The notes under the pieces are model-generated. The model searched no databases. It was not told the DNA's origin and saw nothing but the letters and a program-made list of their open reading frames with translations. Positions 50,701-59,270 of a stretch of 64,000 nucleotides of DNA are shown one piece after another; position 1 is the stretch's first letter; each line of letters opens with the position of its first letter. The DNA comes from Patescibacteria group bacterium. GTDB lineage: Bacteria; Patescibacteriota; Gracilibacteria; UBA4473. The stretch spans positions 608,001 to 672,000 of the forward strand of contig CBFIAK010000001.1 in NCBI GenBank assembly GCA_965660445.1. The letters are read 5' to 3'. Made by a program: the position numbers and the translations under genes.

Positions 50701-50752
50701 AATTAGACCTGTGTTGTTTGTATTTGTTAACCAGTGTTGAAATATCTGTCAT
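47729..50752 (-). CDS. Type IIG restriction-modification enzyme (Eco57I/BpmI-like)
   Basis: NETQLR, PDY...VEAKK nuclease; DICCGSG and GNPPY methylase motifs; C-terminal target-recognition region. Confidence 0.9.
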   Translation of the reverse strand: MTDISTLVNKYKQHRSNYLKASYNETQLRNDFIDPLLKSLGWDVDNKKRQTQFLRDVIQEEYIEVEDSISKKNPDYTLRVNGTRKLFVEAKKPSVNILKSAKSAFQTRRYGWNANLGISILTNFEDLVIYDCRFKPNSSDGEHVARIKKFKYTEYEKAFEEIQDIISYHSAASGRIDDLYSVYERMGETFDNHFLEQIEKWRKTLAESAVKLNKEIDNESINFLIQRLLNKIIFLRICEDRSIEKFETLKNIKDYKALKEIFIQSDKKYNSGLFDFIEDRLSLKIEIDSEVLIEVFSELYYPLSPYDFSVVDTSILSQIYEKFLGSKIVLDEKRQLSILEEPEVSASNGVVPTPKIIVEKIVQETLNPIISEKTSDEILKLKISDICCGSGTFLISSYDYLLRTIIEKFIEEGVDDQKLIIKKSDNSFALTVNSKRKILENIIHGVDINPYAAEVTKFSLLLKLLEDETAATVDNFIDQFSERVLPDLKENIKCGNSLVDSKFYDFMGSSLSDTLLLRTKPFDWEKEFPFLKSTKGFDAIVGNPPYVRIQNLVKYTPEEIKYYQSKDSGFSVATKESIDKYYVFIQRAILLLNAKGFLGYIVPHKFFINKGGKSLRKYITENSQLSKLVHFGITQIFPERSTYTAIIVIQKEHTNNFQFKKIDKITPEILSDNTWGTYKTEKYNSDPWIFLQPEVEAIFNNIYSQNIKKLKEVAEIAVGLQTSKDPIYIFTPENETNEKFIFSKDGIRYEIEKDICRPCIYDLSFDLFDTISGNAQMIFPYKITDRAELFSEKFLQTEYPLCWEYLNKHKAVLEVRSLNGRDPKWYQFGRSQSLTRFHNAPKLIWSVLSTEPAYIFDNNDLQFTGGGNGPYYSLLQNSDYSIFYLLGILSHPVFENMVKAGASEFRGAYYSHGKQFIENLPIRLIDFQNAEEIADYEEIIKLVKELIKTKDKFNKSFDTEKSVFERKIDVLMEKLIKKINKIYNISNDDFKLATSNNTFLSELTDNT

Positions 50753-50757
50753 GAAAT

Positions 50758-50979
50758 TTAAGATATTAGTTGATCAAGAGTAATTTCTAATCCTTCAGCA
50801 ATTTTAGTTGCCGTTGGAAGCGTTGGACTTTTAATTACATCGCTTTCAATCTTAGCGAGTGTGGTATATGGAATATCAGCTTTTCGTGCCAAAGCCTCTT
50901 GAGTAAGCTTCCTTTTCGCACGCCAAGCTTTTATTTTTTGCCCGATACTTCGCTCTTCCTTTTGTTTTTTTTCTTCCAT
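50758..50979 (-). CDS. XRE-family HTH regulator (possible R-M controller)
   Basis: LTQEALARKADIPYTTLAKIE; first gene of the R-M operon. Confidence 0.88.
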   Translation of the reverse strand: MEEKKQKEERSIGQKIKAWRAKRKLTQEALARKADIPYTTLAKIESDVIKSPTLPTATKIAEGLEITLDQLIS

Positions 50980-51082
50980 AGTGTGAAAGTATTACTCTGT
51001 TATATTAATCTTAATTAATAACTCAAAATTATCAAAGAAAACAGAGAAACAATTTGCTCTATTTTCATGTTTCACAAAATCT

Positions 51083-52366
51083 CTAATCGGTTTTTAGCTT
51101 CACGGTTCCTCGCTCAAGAAGTAATTGTCCTTTGACACATCGAAGTACTTGTTCTTTCTCCTTTGGTGTTCCGTTTTTGAGAAGAAAGCATATGTATTCA
51201 TGAACGCTCATCAATTGTGCTTTGTCTCCATACCGAACCATTTCCATCTGATTAATTTTTTCGACTTCCTTTTGTATTTCTTTGCGAATATAGAATGAAT
51301 TTTCGTCTGTTTGAGTAACGAGGCTAGATACTTCTTCAATGAGCTTCTGTTCAGGGATGTATTTCTCTTTACAGATCCCGTGTCCGTAATACCGATTGCA
51401 CTTGTAGTAGCTGTATTCTTTCCCATGACGGTTGATATGGGTTTCTCCACACACGCCTGATCCACAGACCCCGCATTTAAAAATTTTGTTGAAGTAAAAC
51501 TGTTTCCGTCCCCATTTTCCTTTTGGACTTACAATCAATTTCGTTTGAGTGAGGTCGTACATTTTCTTGGTAATCAAGGGTTTGTAATCTCCGTCATACC
51601 AGTTTCCAGAACCTCGGGGATATTCGAATTTTCCGTAGTAGAAAGTATCGCCTAAGATTTTGTAAATCATGCTGAGTGATACGATTTTGTCATTTCTCGA
51701 TTTAAGTCCTTCTCTTTGCATGTGATCCCAAACCTGCCGTCCACTCATTCCCTCGTGAGCCACGAGCATGAAAATCTGTTTTATGTACGGAGCACGTTCT
51801 GGATCTACTTCTATCGTGCTGGGATCAGACATTCGCTCGCCTCGCTTAAGAATGTATCCAATCGGGGGAGATCCAGGGCGAACGCCTGTTTCACATTTCG
51901 CTCGCATACCTCTTTTTACATTCTTGGATCGGTTGTCGTTTTCTAGCTTCGCCTGAGAACAGAGAATCATGAGAAGAAATTTCTCGTCAGGGGTGTTGGT
52001 AAATTTCTGACCGCTCGTCTGGATCTTGACCAACTTTTCTTGATCCATGAGATCGACAAGTGTCCCTAGATCTCCTGCATTTCTGCTCAACCTGTCAGGA
52101 GCCCATGTCAGCACACAATTGAAGCGTTGCTCGCTGATTCCCAAGATCACTTTGTTGTATCCGATTCGTTGCCCCGAGGACTTAGCCGATTTGCTCTCTC
52201 GAATCGTTTCCACGATCTCAATCCCTTCTTTTTCTGCGATTTGTGTCATCTCTTTGATTTGAGAATCAATACTCATGGCTTGCCGTTCATCCGCTTCGCT
52301 CGACTTACGGGCGTATAAGCAGTAGCGAAGCGGTTGTTCCGATATCGATATTGGGTTTTCCATCAC
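51083..52366 (-). CDS. Large serine recombinase 1
   Basis: YARKSS, SIDSQ, DRLSRN, recombinase domain, CGVCG...YYKC zinc ribbon. Confidence 0.92.
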   Translation of the reverse strand: MMENPISISEQPLRYCLYARKSSEADERQAMSIDSQIKEMTQIAEKEGIEIVETIRESKSAKSSGQRIGYNKVILGISEQRFNCVLTWAPDRLSRNAGDLGTLVDLMDQEKLVKIQTSGQKFTNTPDEKFLLMILCSQAKLENDNRSKNVKRGMRAKCETGVRPGSPPIGYILKRGERMSDPSTIEVDPERAPYIKQIFMLVAHEGMSGRQVWDHMQREGLKSRNDKIVSLSMIYKILGDTFYYGKFEYPRGSGNWYDGDYKPLITKKMYDLTQTKLIVSPKGKWGRKQFYFNKIFKCGVCGSGVCGETHINRHGKEYSYYKCNRYYGHGICKEKYIPEQKLIEEVSSLVTQTDENSFYIRKEIQKEVEKINQMEMVRYGDKAQLMSVHEYICFLLKNGTPKEKEQVLRCVKGQLLLERGTVKLKTD

Positions 52367-52410
52367 GACAAGTGATGTCGCAGGAAATGTTTAAGTCTAG
52401 GCGGAATCGC

Positions 52411-53967
52411 TTAAAAGGGTCCAAAATTTGGAAATCGTCTGTCATAACTGGAAAGAAATTGTTCCATCGACATACTGCTGACAGAGGGTCCATCATCTAA
52501 TGGGATAAATTCAAAATGAACTTCTCGTTCTGCCATTATTTCGTTGATTGCAATCGTTAACGCATCGACCAAGTCATCGTGTTTTTCCACCCCAAATCCC
52601 ATGACTTGTTCAATGATTCTTTCGCATCCTTTTTTGGGAAAGAGGACTCGCCCTGTTTTTATGTAATGGTGTGCAGTACAAAGTCTTGATCTTTTGTCGC
52701 CCACAATACTCACTGGTTTTGTATTATAGCCATCTCGATCCATTTCTTGCTCAAACGCTTTTTGATACCCCACATCTTCCGTAAAAATCTTTACAGATTT
52801 TGGATGATCGTGAATCGTTGAACAAAGAGCTTTCAGCCCTTCTTTTGAGCCAGAAAAATCTGGTCGCCCATGAAAGAAATTCGGAAGAATAAAAACGTGT
52901 TTCTTTTTATTCATTTTATAAACCTTCATTGGAATAAACGCGGTATAATCTGCCGAATTTTTTTGAGAAATAGACAAGTCAGTCCCAATAGCTGGAAACC
53001 GAAAATAAACACTATTTTCTGAGTTTTTATCATGGTTTTCCTGAGGAAGGTCTTCGTAGTAGTGAATATCTTCAGGAAGGACGATTTGTCCTTCGTCAGG
53101 AATAATTCTAAGCATAAATTCTCGTTGCCATGCAATATGATTCCCAACTCGTTTTTCTTCGGCTTTGATGGCTTTTGCGTTTGGATATTTTCCGTGCCAC
53201 AAGGCTTTATTGTTTCTCGCAACGGGGTATGCTTTATATCTTCCTGTCATTTCGTTTTTTCTGATTTTTTCTTTCATCCGCATGATGACGGAATCCTCGT
53301 GGAGCAAATTTCCAATCATAATCAATCGTGTATTTTGATCGCCTGCAGGAATCACTTCACTTGTCAGCCAATCATAGGTTTTGTTTCGCCCTTCTTTGGT
53401 TTTTACAGAAGAAAGATCTTCAATATCGTCACAAATGATGAGATCGGGGCGGTATTGGTTGTGTCGTATTCCACGCACACTTTGTTCCATAGAAACCGCC
53501 ATGATTCGGGCATCGTGTTTGGGAATCAAAAGTGAAGACGTGCTCCACTCATCGTCTTCTTTGAAGGGTCCCAAATCTTTCCGTAAAAGGGCATTTGATT
53601 CGAGTTCTCGCCTAAGATTTTTGAGATGTTGTCGAGCTTGGTGTTGGGTTTGCCCTACAAGCAAGACAAATTTTTTCTGTGGTTTCCCAAGAATTGACCA
53701 CAGCGGATAGGATAAATTTACAATCGTTGATTTTCCTGATCCCCGAAACGCAATAATGACGAGATTCTTTATTTTTTCATTTTCGGTGAACTGAAACATT
53801 TCTCGCTGAAAGTCCGCTGTTTTGTAGGTGATGTAATGATGAAAGTATGTATGAAAGAACCAATAATGACTTTGACTGGTTATTTCTTGCCGAACGCGGT
53901 AATCGGTAAGGATTTTTTGAATTGTATCTTTATCAAGTTCTGGAATGTTGTAGCTTGAAGTTTTCAT
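52411..53967 (-). CDS. Phage terminase large subunit-like protein
   Basis: Walker A FRGSGKST, Walker B IICDDIED, nuclease motifs GTDLS..ADYTA and HDDLVDA. Confidence 0.85.
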   Translation of the reverse strand: MKTSSYNIPELDKDTIQKILTDYRVRQEITSQSHYWFFHTYFHHYITYKTADFQREMFQFTENEKIKNLVIIAFRGSGKSTIVNLSYPLWSILGKPQKKFVLLVGQTQHQARQHLKNLRRELESNALLRKDLGPFKEDDEWSTSSLLIPKHDARIMAVSMEQSVRGIRHNQYRPDLIICDDIEDLSSVKTKEGRNKTYDWLTSEVIPAGDQNTRLIMIGNLLHEDSVIMRMKEKIRKNEMTGRYKAYPVARNNKALWHGKYPNAKAIKAEEKRVGNHIAWQREFMLRIIPDEGQIVLPEDIHYYEDLPQENHDKNSENSVYFRFPAIGTDLSISQKNSADYTAFIPMKVYKMNKKKHVFILPNFFHGRPDFSGSKEGLKALCSTIHDHPKSVKIFTEDVGYQKAFEQEMDRDGYNTKPVSIVGDKRSRLCTAHHYIKTGRVLFPKKGCERIIEQVMGFGVEKHDDLVDALTIAINEIMAEREVHFEFIPLDDGPSVSSMSMEQFLSSYDRRFPNFGPF

Positions 53968-53979
53968 TTTTTAAATGGG

Positions 53980-54378
53980 TTAAGATTTTTTAGAGGGTAA
54001 AAGTGATCCCAAAGACAACGCTTTGGTGACCATTGCTTGTTGTTCTTCGGTCAGTTCTCGGTCTTCAATACGAGTGGTGACTTCGAATTTCTGCGTGTAG
54101 GATTTGTGGCGGTGTTTGAGCCAAAAAATGATGGCAGTCAGATTCTTGTCTTTGATAGCAGACAAAAGTTGAGATTCTGCCATATCATTCATGAGCTTTA
54201 CGCCTTCGTGAATGGCTTCATCGGCTTCTTTGGCAAACTCTTTGTCGTCTTTTCTCCAGCGATAGTAGGTCGCTCGCCCAAGACCTGTTTTTTCGCACGC
54301 CAGTTGAACAATGGGCGTCTTTTTGAGTTGTTCACATAACGCCTGCTTTTGCTGTTGCTGTTTCTCATTGATATTCAT
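53980..54378 (-). CDS. phBC6A51-type HTH protein, small-terminase-like
   Basis: ACEKTGLGRATYYRWRKDD...AESQL...AIIFWLK; directly upstream of the large terminase. Confidence 0.7.
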   Translation of the reverse strand: MNINEKQQQQKQALCEQLKKTPIVQLACEKTGLGRATYYRWRKDDKEFAKEADEAIHEGVKLMNDMAESQLLSAIKDKNLTAIIFWLKHRHKSYTQKFEVTTRIEDRELTEEQQAMVTKALSLGSLLPSKKS

Positions 54379-55145
54379 TTTTCTGTGGGGTTAAGAGGTA
54401 CAGCTTTTTGCCCAGTGATCTTTTCCCACCGATCAATAATGACTTGGCAGTATTTCGGTTCGATTTCGACCATGTAGCATCGACGTTTCGTTTGTTCACA
54501 GGCAATGAGTGTTGACCCACTCCCACCAAAACAGTCGTAGACAATATCTTCTCGTCGGGTGCTATTGAGAATAAGTCTGCGTAAAACAGATATATTCTTC
54601 ATGGTCGGATGCAGATCGTTCTTTTTTGTCTTGGGACTGATGAGAACGGACTTGTCCTGCGATTTCATGAATTCATGTCGTCCACGCCAACCGTAGGCGA
54701 TGAGTTCGTGTTGGGGCAGATAATCCAGTCGTCCAATGACCGCCCCTGTTTTTACCCAGACCAGTATTTGAGAAAGCTTGAATCCTTCCGCTAAAAACGC
54801 TTCCCTCATGGCGAACATCATTTTGTCCGAGTTGAATACCGCAAAAGCGTTCTTGTCGGTCAGTCGATTTTTAATGGGTTTCAGCCAGTTTTGGGTGAAT
54901 GTTTTGAATTCCTCGTCCGACTGAATGTGATCGTTCTGGATTTCCTCGTGTTGGATTTCCGATTTCACGAAATCTTTCTTTCCTGACACAAGCGACACCC
55001 CATATGGTACGTCAGTGCAGATGAATTTGATTTTCTCTGTGCCAAGTAGTTTTTCTACCTGGTCTGCGTTGACCGCATCGCCACAGATAAGTCGATGTTC
55101 TCCCAATTGGAAAGCATCCCCGATACTAATTGATTGTTTTGACAT
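54375..55145 (-). CDS. N4/N6 DNA methyltransferase (beta class)
   Basis: HRLICGD, TDVPY, HPTMK, DCFGGSGSTL. Confidence 0.85.
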   Translation of the reverse strand: MSKQSISIGDAFQLGEHRLICGDAVNADQVEKLLGTEKIKFICTDVPYGVSLVSGKKDFVKSEIQHEEIQNDHIQSDEEFKTFTQNWLKPIKNRLTDKNAFAVFNSDKMMFAMREAFLAEGFKLSQILVWVKTGAVIGRLDYLPQHELIAYGWRGRHEFMKSQDKSVLISPKTKKNDLHPTMKNISVLRRLILNSTRREDIVYDCFGGSGSTLIACEQTKRRCYMVEIEPKYCQVIIDRWEKITGQKAVPLNPTEK

Positions 55146-56418
55146 CGTTTTGTGGGTTAAGAGCTAAATATCGAGCGATTATGACATCGCAAAAAGCAGG
55201 GTCTTTTTCGACCAAGAATGATTTTCGTCCGAGTTGGTCACAAGCGACCATCGTACTGCCCGATCCTCCAAACAAATCGAGCACGGTGTCTCCGGGTTTC
55301 GTACATCGCTTGAGGGGGCGTTCGTGAAGGGTTGGGCTTTTTTCTGTCGGGTGTTTGTACTCTGAGGTGGGCAGTCGTTTGACCAACCAAATGTCGAGCA
55401 TATCCTCAATGTCATCAAGCGTGCGGTTTCCAGTCCCAATTTCTGGGTTCAGGATTTCTGTAAAATTGGAAGACTTGTCGCTTAAAAACGGTTTTCCCAC
55501 CGTTCCATACACGCAGGGTTCATAGCATTTGTTGAAGGCAATTTGAGGCGTAACATTTTGGTTATTTTTAACCCAAAGGCACACCCGCTGATTTTTTATT
55601 CCATTCTTCTGATACAAATCCTGCAAGAGTCCGATGTAGTTCTGATCGCAGAAATAGAAAATATGGGCATTGGATTTGCAATGCACCAGTCCGTTCTGAA
55701 TCGTTTTCTCTAAAAACGCCCGATATTCCGTATCGGTTTTCTTGTCATCGACTTTCGCACAATCGTACTTTTTCTTTTTCCCCAGTCCTTTCTGATAATC
55801 ATAGGACAGATTGAAGGGCGGATCTGAATAGATCGCATCAATCTTTGTTTCGCCCAAAAGCTTATTGATCACTTCGGGGTCTTGGGAGTCCCCACAAACG
55901 AGCCGATGTTTCCCGAGTTGAAACATTTCTCCTGTTTTTGTTTGAGGATTTTTTTGCGCTTTTTCTAATTCTTCTTTGGTATTGAACTCATCATCCTCGA
56001 TTCCTAATGCTTCATCCCAGATAACTGATAAATCCGAATCATCGAATCCGACATCAAGTAGCAAATCGAGGTCAAAATCTTTGAGTTTTTGGAAATCAAA
56101 TTCTCCGGTGTTTCGATTTAAGCGAAGATTTAACTCTTTTTCTTTCTCGATATCTGGAATATCTAAAAAGATCACGGGGACTTCCTCGTATCCCAAATCT
56201 TTGGCGACTTTGAGACGGAAGTGTCCGCCAATGGTTATGTTCTTCCTCTTGGGCGAACTATTTACGAGGATTGGATCAACCAGCCCGAAGCGTTTGACGC
56301 TCTCGGTGAGTTGATCAATTGCTCCTTTCTCCCATTTTCTAGGATTGTACTGAGCGACTTTCAGTTCTTTGATCGGAACTGAGACGATTTTTAACGAAGC
56401 CGACTTTTTTGTACTCAT
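55126..56418 (-). CDS. ParB-N domain fused to DNA methyltransferase
   Basis: YNPR...FGLVDP...GGHFR (ParB-like); SDPPF, HPTEK, LFGGSGST. Confidence 0.88.
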   Translation of the reverse strand: MSTKKSASLKIVSVPIKELKVAQYNPRKWEKGAIDQLTESVKRFGLVDPILVNSSPKRKNITIGGHFRLKVAKDLGYEEVPVIFLDIPDIEKEKELNLRLNRNTGEFDFQKLKDFDLDLLLDVGFDDSDLSVIWDEALGIEDDEFNTKEELEKAQKNPQTKTGEMFQLGKHRLVCGDSQDPEVINKLLGETKIDAIYSDPPFNLSYDYQKGLGKKKKYDCAKVDDKKTDTEYRAFLEKTIQNGLVHCKSNAHIFYFCDQNYIGLLQDLYQKNGIKNQRVCLWVKNNQNVTPQIAFNKCYEPCVYGTVGKPFLSDKSSNFTEILNPEIGTGNRTLDDIEDMLDIWLVKRLPTSEYKHPTEKSPTLHERPLKRCTKPGDTVLDLFGGSGSTMVACDQLGRKSFLVEKDPAFCDVIIARYLALNPQNDVKTIN

Positions 56419-56546
56419 GACAAAAATAATTAAGAAATATATCTCAATTATTGGGGGGTGTCGGACGTAAATGGGGGATTTTTTACCTACAAAAAAACCA
56501 AGTCGCTTGATTACTTAGCTTTGGGCTTCACGAACTTTTGGGTTTC

Positions 56547-57407
56547 TTACCCTGCGATGTCTATTTTGATTTTGCATTTGCCATTTCTAATATTTTCAAA
56601 CGGATCTTCCGTGATTCCAAAACATCTTTGAAGGTCTTCTCGAAGCATGCTCAATTCCTGTTTGAAGTTAGCGTGCCCATCCTTTAGAAATTTTGAAAGA
56701 GTTCCACGATTTGAAGCGAATTTTTCCAACAACGTCCAACTAACCCTCGGACTGTTTGTGGTTTGACTCATAAATCCCAAATCGTAGAAAGTGGATTTTT
56801 GTTTGTTTTTTCCATCACTAATTTCGACCTCGTGAGAATTTAAAAATTTCAACGCTATTTCTTCCCAACGGGATACTTTTGGTTGCAGAAAATCTCTCGA
56901 AATAATGGTATTCCCTTGAATATGTACGTTTACGGTAATGTGTTGGTGAACAACGGGTTGTTCTCTCCTTGATGGGGTCGGAAGAATTGTTCGCTCCTCA
57001 TAAGAACTTATGCGGTGTTCAAAATAAGTTGATGACATTTCAGGAAAGGTCATCTTTGGAAGACTGTGAAATGTCTTCATCGACTGGTTTATCAATTCCA
57101 TATTTGGCATTGATGCTTGGATCTGTTTTGAAAGATCCGTAATTCCACTCATGTCTGGCAGAGTCGCTCTCATCCTTTCAATATCTTTTAAAATTGGCTC
57201 TATGTGCGACATCGAGTTCTTTATTTGCTCTGAAAGAGCGGTAAGTCCAGTCATGTCTGGCAAATTCAGTTTCATACCCTCCATCGCTTTCAGCATGGGT
57301 TCCATATTTATCTGCGTTGCTAAACTGGCAGATCTCCCAATAGCTCCGAACTTTTTTAATTGGTCAGGAGTAAATGTTCGACGTCGACGGGTTACTGTGG
57401 CGATCAT
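56547..57407 (-). CDS. Hypothetical protein with Met-rich internal repeat
   Basis: LPDMTGLTALSEQIKNSM and LPDMSGITDLSKQIQASM; ATGA overlap with the upstream gene. Confidence 0.6.
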   Translation of the reverse strand: MIATVTRRRRTFTPDQLKKFGAIGRSASLATQINMEPMLKAMEGMKLNLPDMTGLTALSEQIKNSMSHIEPILKDIERMRATLPDMSGITDLSKQIQASMPNMELINQSMKTFHSLPKMTFPEMSSTYFEHRISSYEERTILPTPSRREQPVVHQHITVNVHIQGNTIISRDFLQPKVSRWEEIALKFLNSHEVEISDGKNKQKSTFYDLGFMSQTTNSPRVSWTLLEKFASNRGTLSKFLKDGHANFKQELSMLREDLQRCFGITEDPFENIRNGKCKIKIDIAG

Positions 57408-57835
57408 TTTGTGGTTTTTTCTGATTTATGAATTTCGATCCATTTGGTATTTTCTCTTGAAATTAGAGCCTCGACCCTTTCAACAAATAAAGCTTCTTTA
57501 TCCGAGGCATCTGCATATTCGTATAATTTTGCATCGTAGAAATGTTTTTCTTTCTTAAGGCTCTCAGCAATAGTTCTATAAGAGAGCCAATTTTCTTGAT
57601 ATTTAAAAGTCTTTAGCGAAGTTGCCATAATGGCGACAAAGACAGAAGCAATCGTTGGAACCAAGTTTGAATAAGGTTCGAGCAGTATCAATATGGGAGT
57701 TAATGCCGAACAAATAATCAATCCCCATTGAAATCCCACATACCATTTTTTATTACGTGAAGATTTTTCACTATACCACTTCACTTGCGATTTATACCTT
57801 CCATCAACGTATTCATCGAATTCAGTTTTATTCAT
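57404..57835 (-). CDS. DUF4231/SLATT-like two-TM effector
   Basis: RYKSQVKWY, two TMs, ENWLSYRTIAESLKKE, FVERVEALISRE. Confidence 0.85.
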   Translation of the reverse strand: MNKTEFDEYVDGRYKSQVKWYSEKSSRNKKWYVGFQWGLIICSALTPILILLEPYSNLVPTIASVFVAIMATSLKTFKYQENWLSYRTIAESLKKEKHFYDAKLYEYADASDKEALFVERVEALISRENTKWIEIHKSEKTTK

Positions 57836-58296
57836 AGTCCCAATTCGTTATAAACGGAATCTTTCCAGTGCCAGTCATCATCATCTTTTTTGGAAAAATT
57901 ATCAAGGCTGTATTTTATGATTGAAGCCTTAAACGGGACAAACATAGCCCCCTTGTTTTTTAATATTGGAGGACACATTTCATCAACTCGTCTGCTTCCG
58001 TTTAAATTTACACATATGAGCCTGCAATTTTTTTCTATCGCAATATCAGCTTCCCATCTTACATATTTATGTTTTGATTTTGTATCTTCCCCAATGAGCT
58101 GAATAAATGTTCCGGAGTTTGTGATTTTTTCACGAAGAATACGTTTTATGTAAGATTCATCTTGAGATTGAATACTTCTATCTAGTTGCATATCGATGAA
58201 ATCAAAGTCCATTTTTCCATTTGCCTTCCATCCTTTCATAAAATCGTAGTATTGTTTGTCTGTACTACTGAAACCGACAAAAACTCTATTTGCCAT
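57832..58296 (-). CDS. TIR-like domain protein (DUF1863/ThsB-like)
   Basis: RVFVGF, YIKRILREKI, LIGEDT, YVRWE (catalytic Glu position). Confidence 0.85.
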   Translation of the reverse strand: MANRVFVGFSSTDKQYYDFMKGWKANGKMDFDFIDMQLDRSIQSQDESYIKRILREKITNSGTFIQLIGEDTKSKHKYVRWEADIAIEKNCRLICVNLNGSRRVDEMCPPILKNKGAMFVPFKASIIKYSLDNFSKKDDDDWHWKDSVYNELGL

Positions 58297-58486
58297 TTAT
58301 CAAGTCATTAAGAGAGGCGACATTATTTTTTTCAAGATATGTCCCCAAGTGCATATCTGACCGAACTCCGAAATCTTTTTCATATTGTTTCTCGATCGTT
58401 CCCATGTGAGTATCGTCTCGTTTATCACGAAGTTGTCCATCTTGGTTTCTTGAGCGGTTTCCTCGCATTCCTGGTGCATCTGCCAT
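58286..58486 (-). CDS. Small hypothetical protein (66 aa)
   Basis: Overlaps the TIR start; preceded by the TAACCC motif; RSRNQDGQLRDKRDDT...FGVRSDM. Confidence 0.7.
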   Translation of the reverse strand: MADAPGMRGNRSRNQDGQLRDKRDDTHMGTIEKQYEKDFGVRSDMHLGTYLEKNNVASLNDLINGK

Positions 58487-58626
58487 TTTCTTGTGGGTTA
58501 AAAGCTACTGACACTACTAAATATAGCGTTTTTTTAGAAAAAGTAAAATAAAAACTACATAAAACTAGAATTTCTTGATTTTTTTAATTCTACAACGTAT
58601 AATTTTAATGAAAAAAACAAATCATC

Positions 58627-59270
58627 ATGCACGAAACACAACGAAAAATATTAGCACTTCTTGAGTCAAAGGGACAGCTTTTCCTTAAATATGCCCAAAT
58701 AGCTCGGGATATTAAAGAAGACAGTCTTCAAAATGTTAAATATCATCTTTTGCAACTCGAGAAACGTGGCTATATCGTTATTGATAAAGTCAAAAAAGTA
58801 GTAAAAAAAGCGTCAGATGTAGCGGAAAAATCTTTAGGATTTTCTAATATTCCTTTTTATGGCGATGCCAATTGCGGATCTCCCTTATCTTACGCCGAAG
58901 ACATGCAACACGGGGTTCTTAAGGTTTCATCTTCGCTAGTACCAAGTTCCGAAAATATGATTGCGCGGTACGAGCTGTTGGAGATTCAATGAATATATCG
59001 CGTATTAAGGGATCTTCAATTGAAGATGGAGATTATGTTATTGTTGATACTCAAAAAAAAGCACCAGAAGCAAAAGATTATATACTTTCTGTTATTGATG
59101 ATGGGGCGAATATTAAACGAATTTATTTCGATGAAACAAATCATTATGTCGTCCTTAGATCAGAATCCAATGATCCAAATTTTCGAGATATAATCATACA
59201 TGAAGACGACAAGTATTCGGTTGTGGGAACGGTAGAATGTGTAATAAAGAAGCCTCAAATCGAAGATTGA
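58627..59270 (+). pseudogene. LexA/S24-family repressor split by a 2-bp insertion
   Basis: N-terminal wHTH and YGDANCG; removing 2 nt in GCGCGG (58963-58968) restores IAVRAVGDSMN...EDGD...IKR. Confidence 0.8.

Noticed and set aside
50985-51025. C-box operator upstream of the XRE gene
   Set aside because: Only weak AT-rich symmetry, not distinguishable from background by eye
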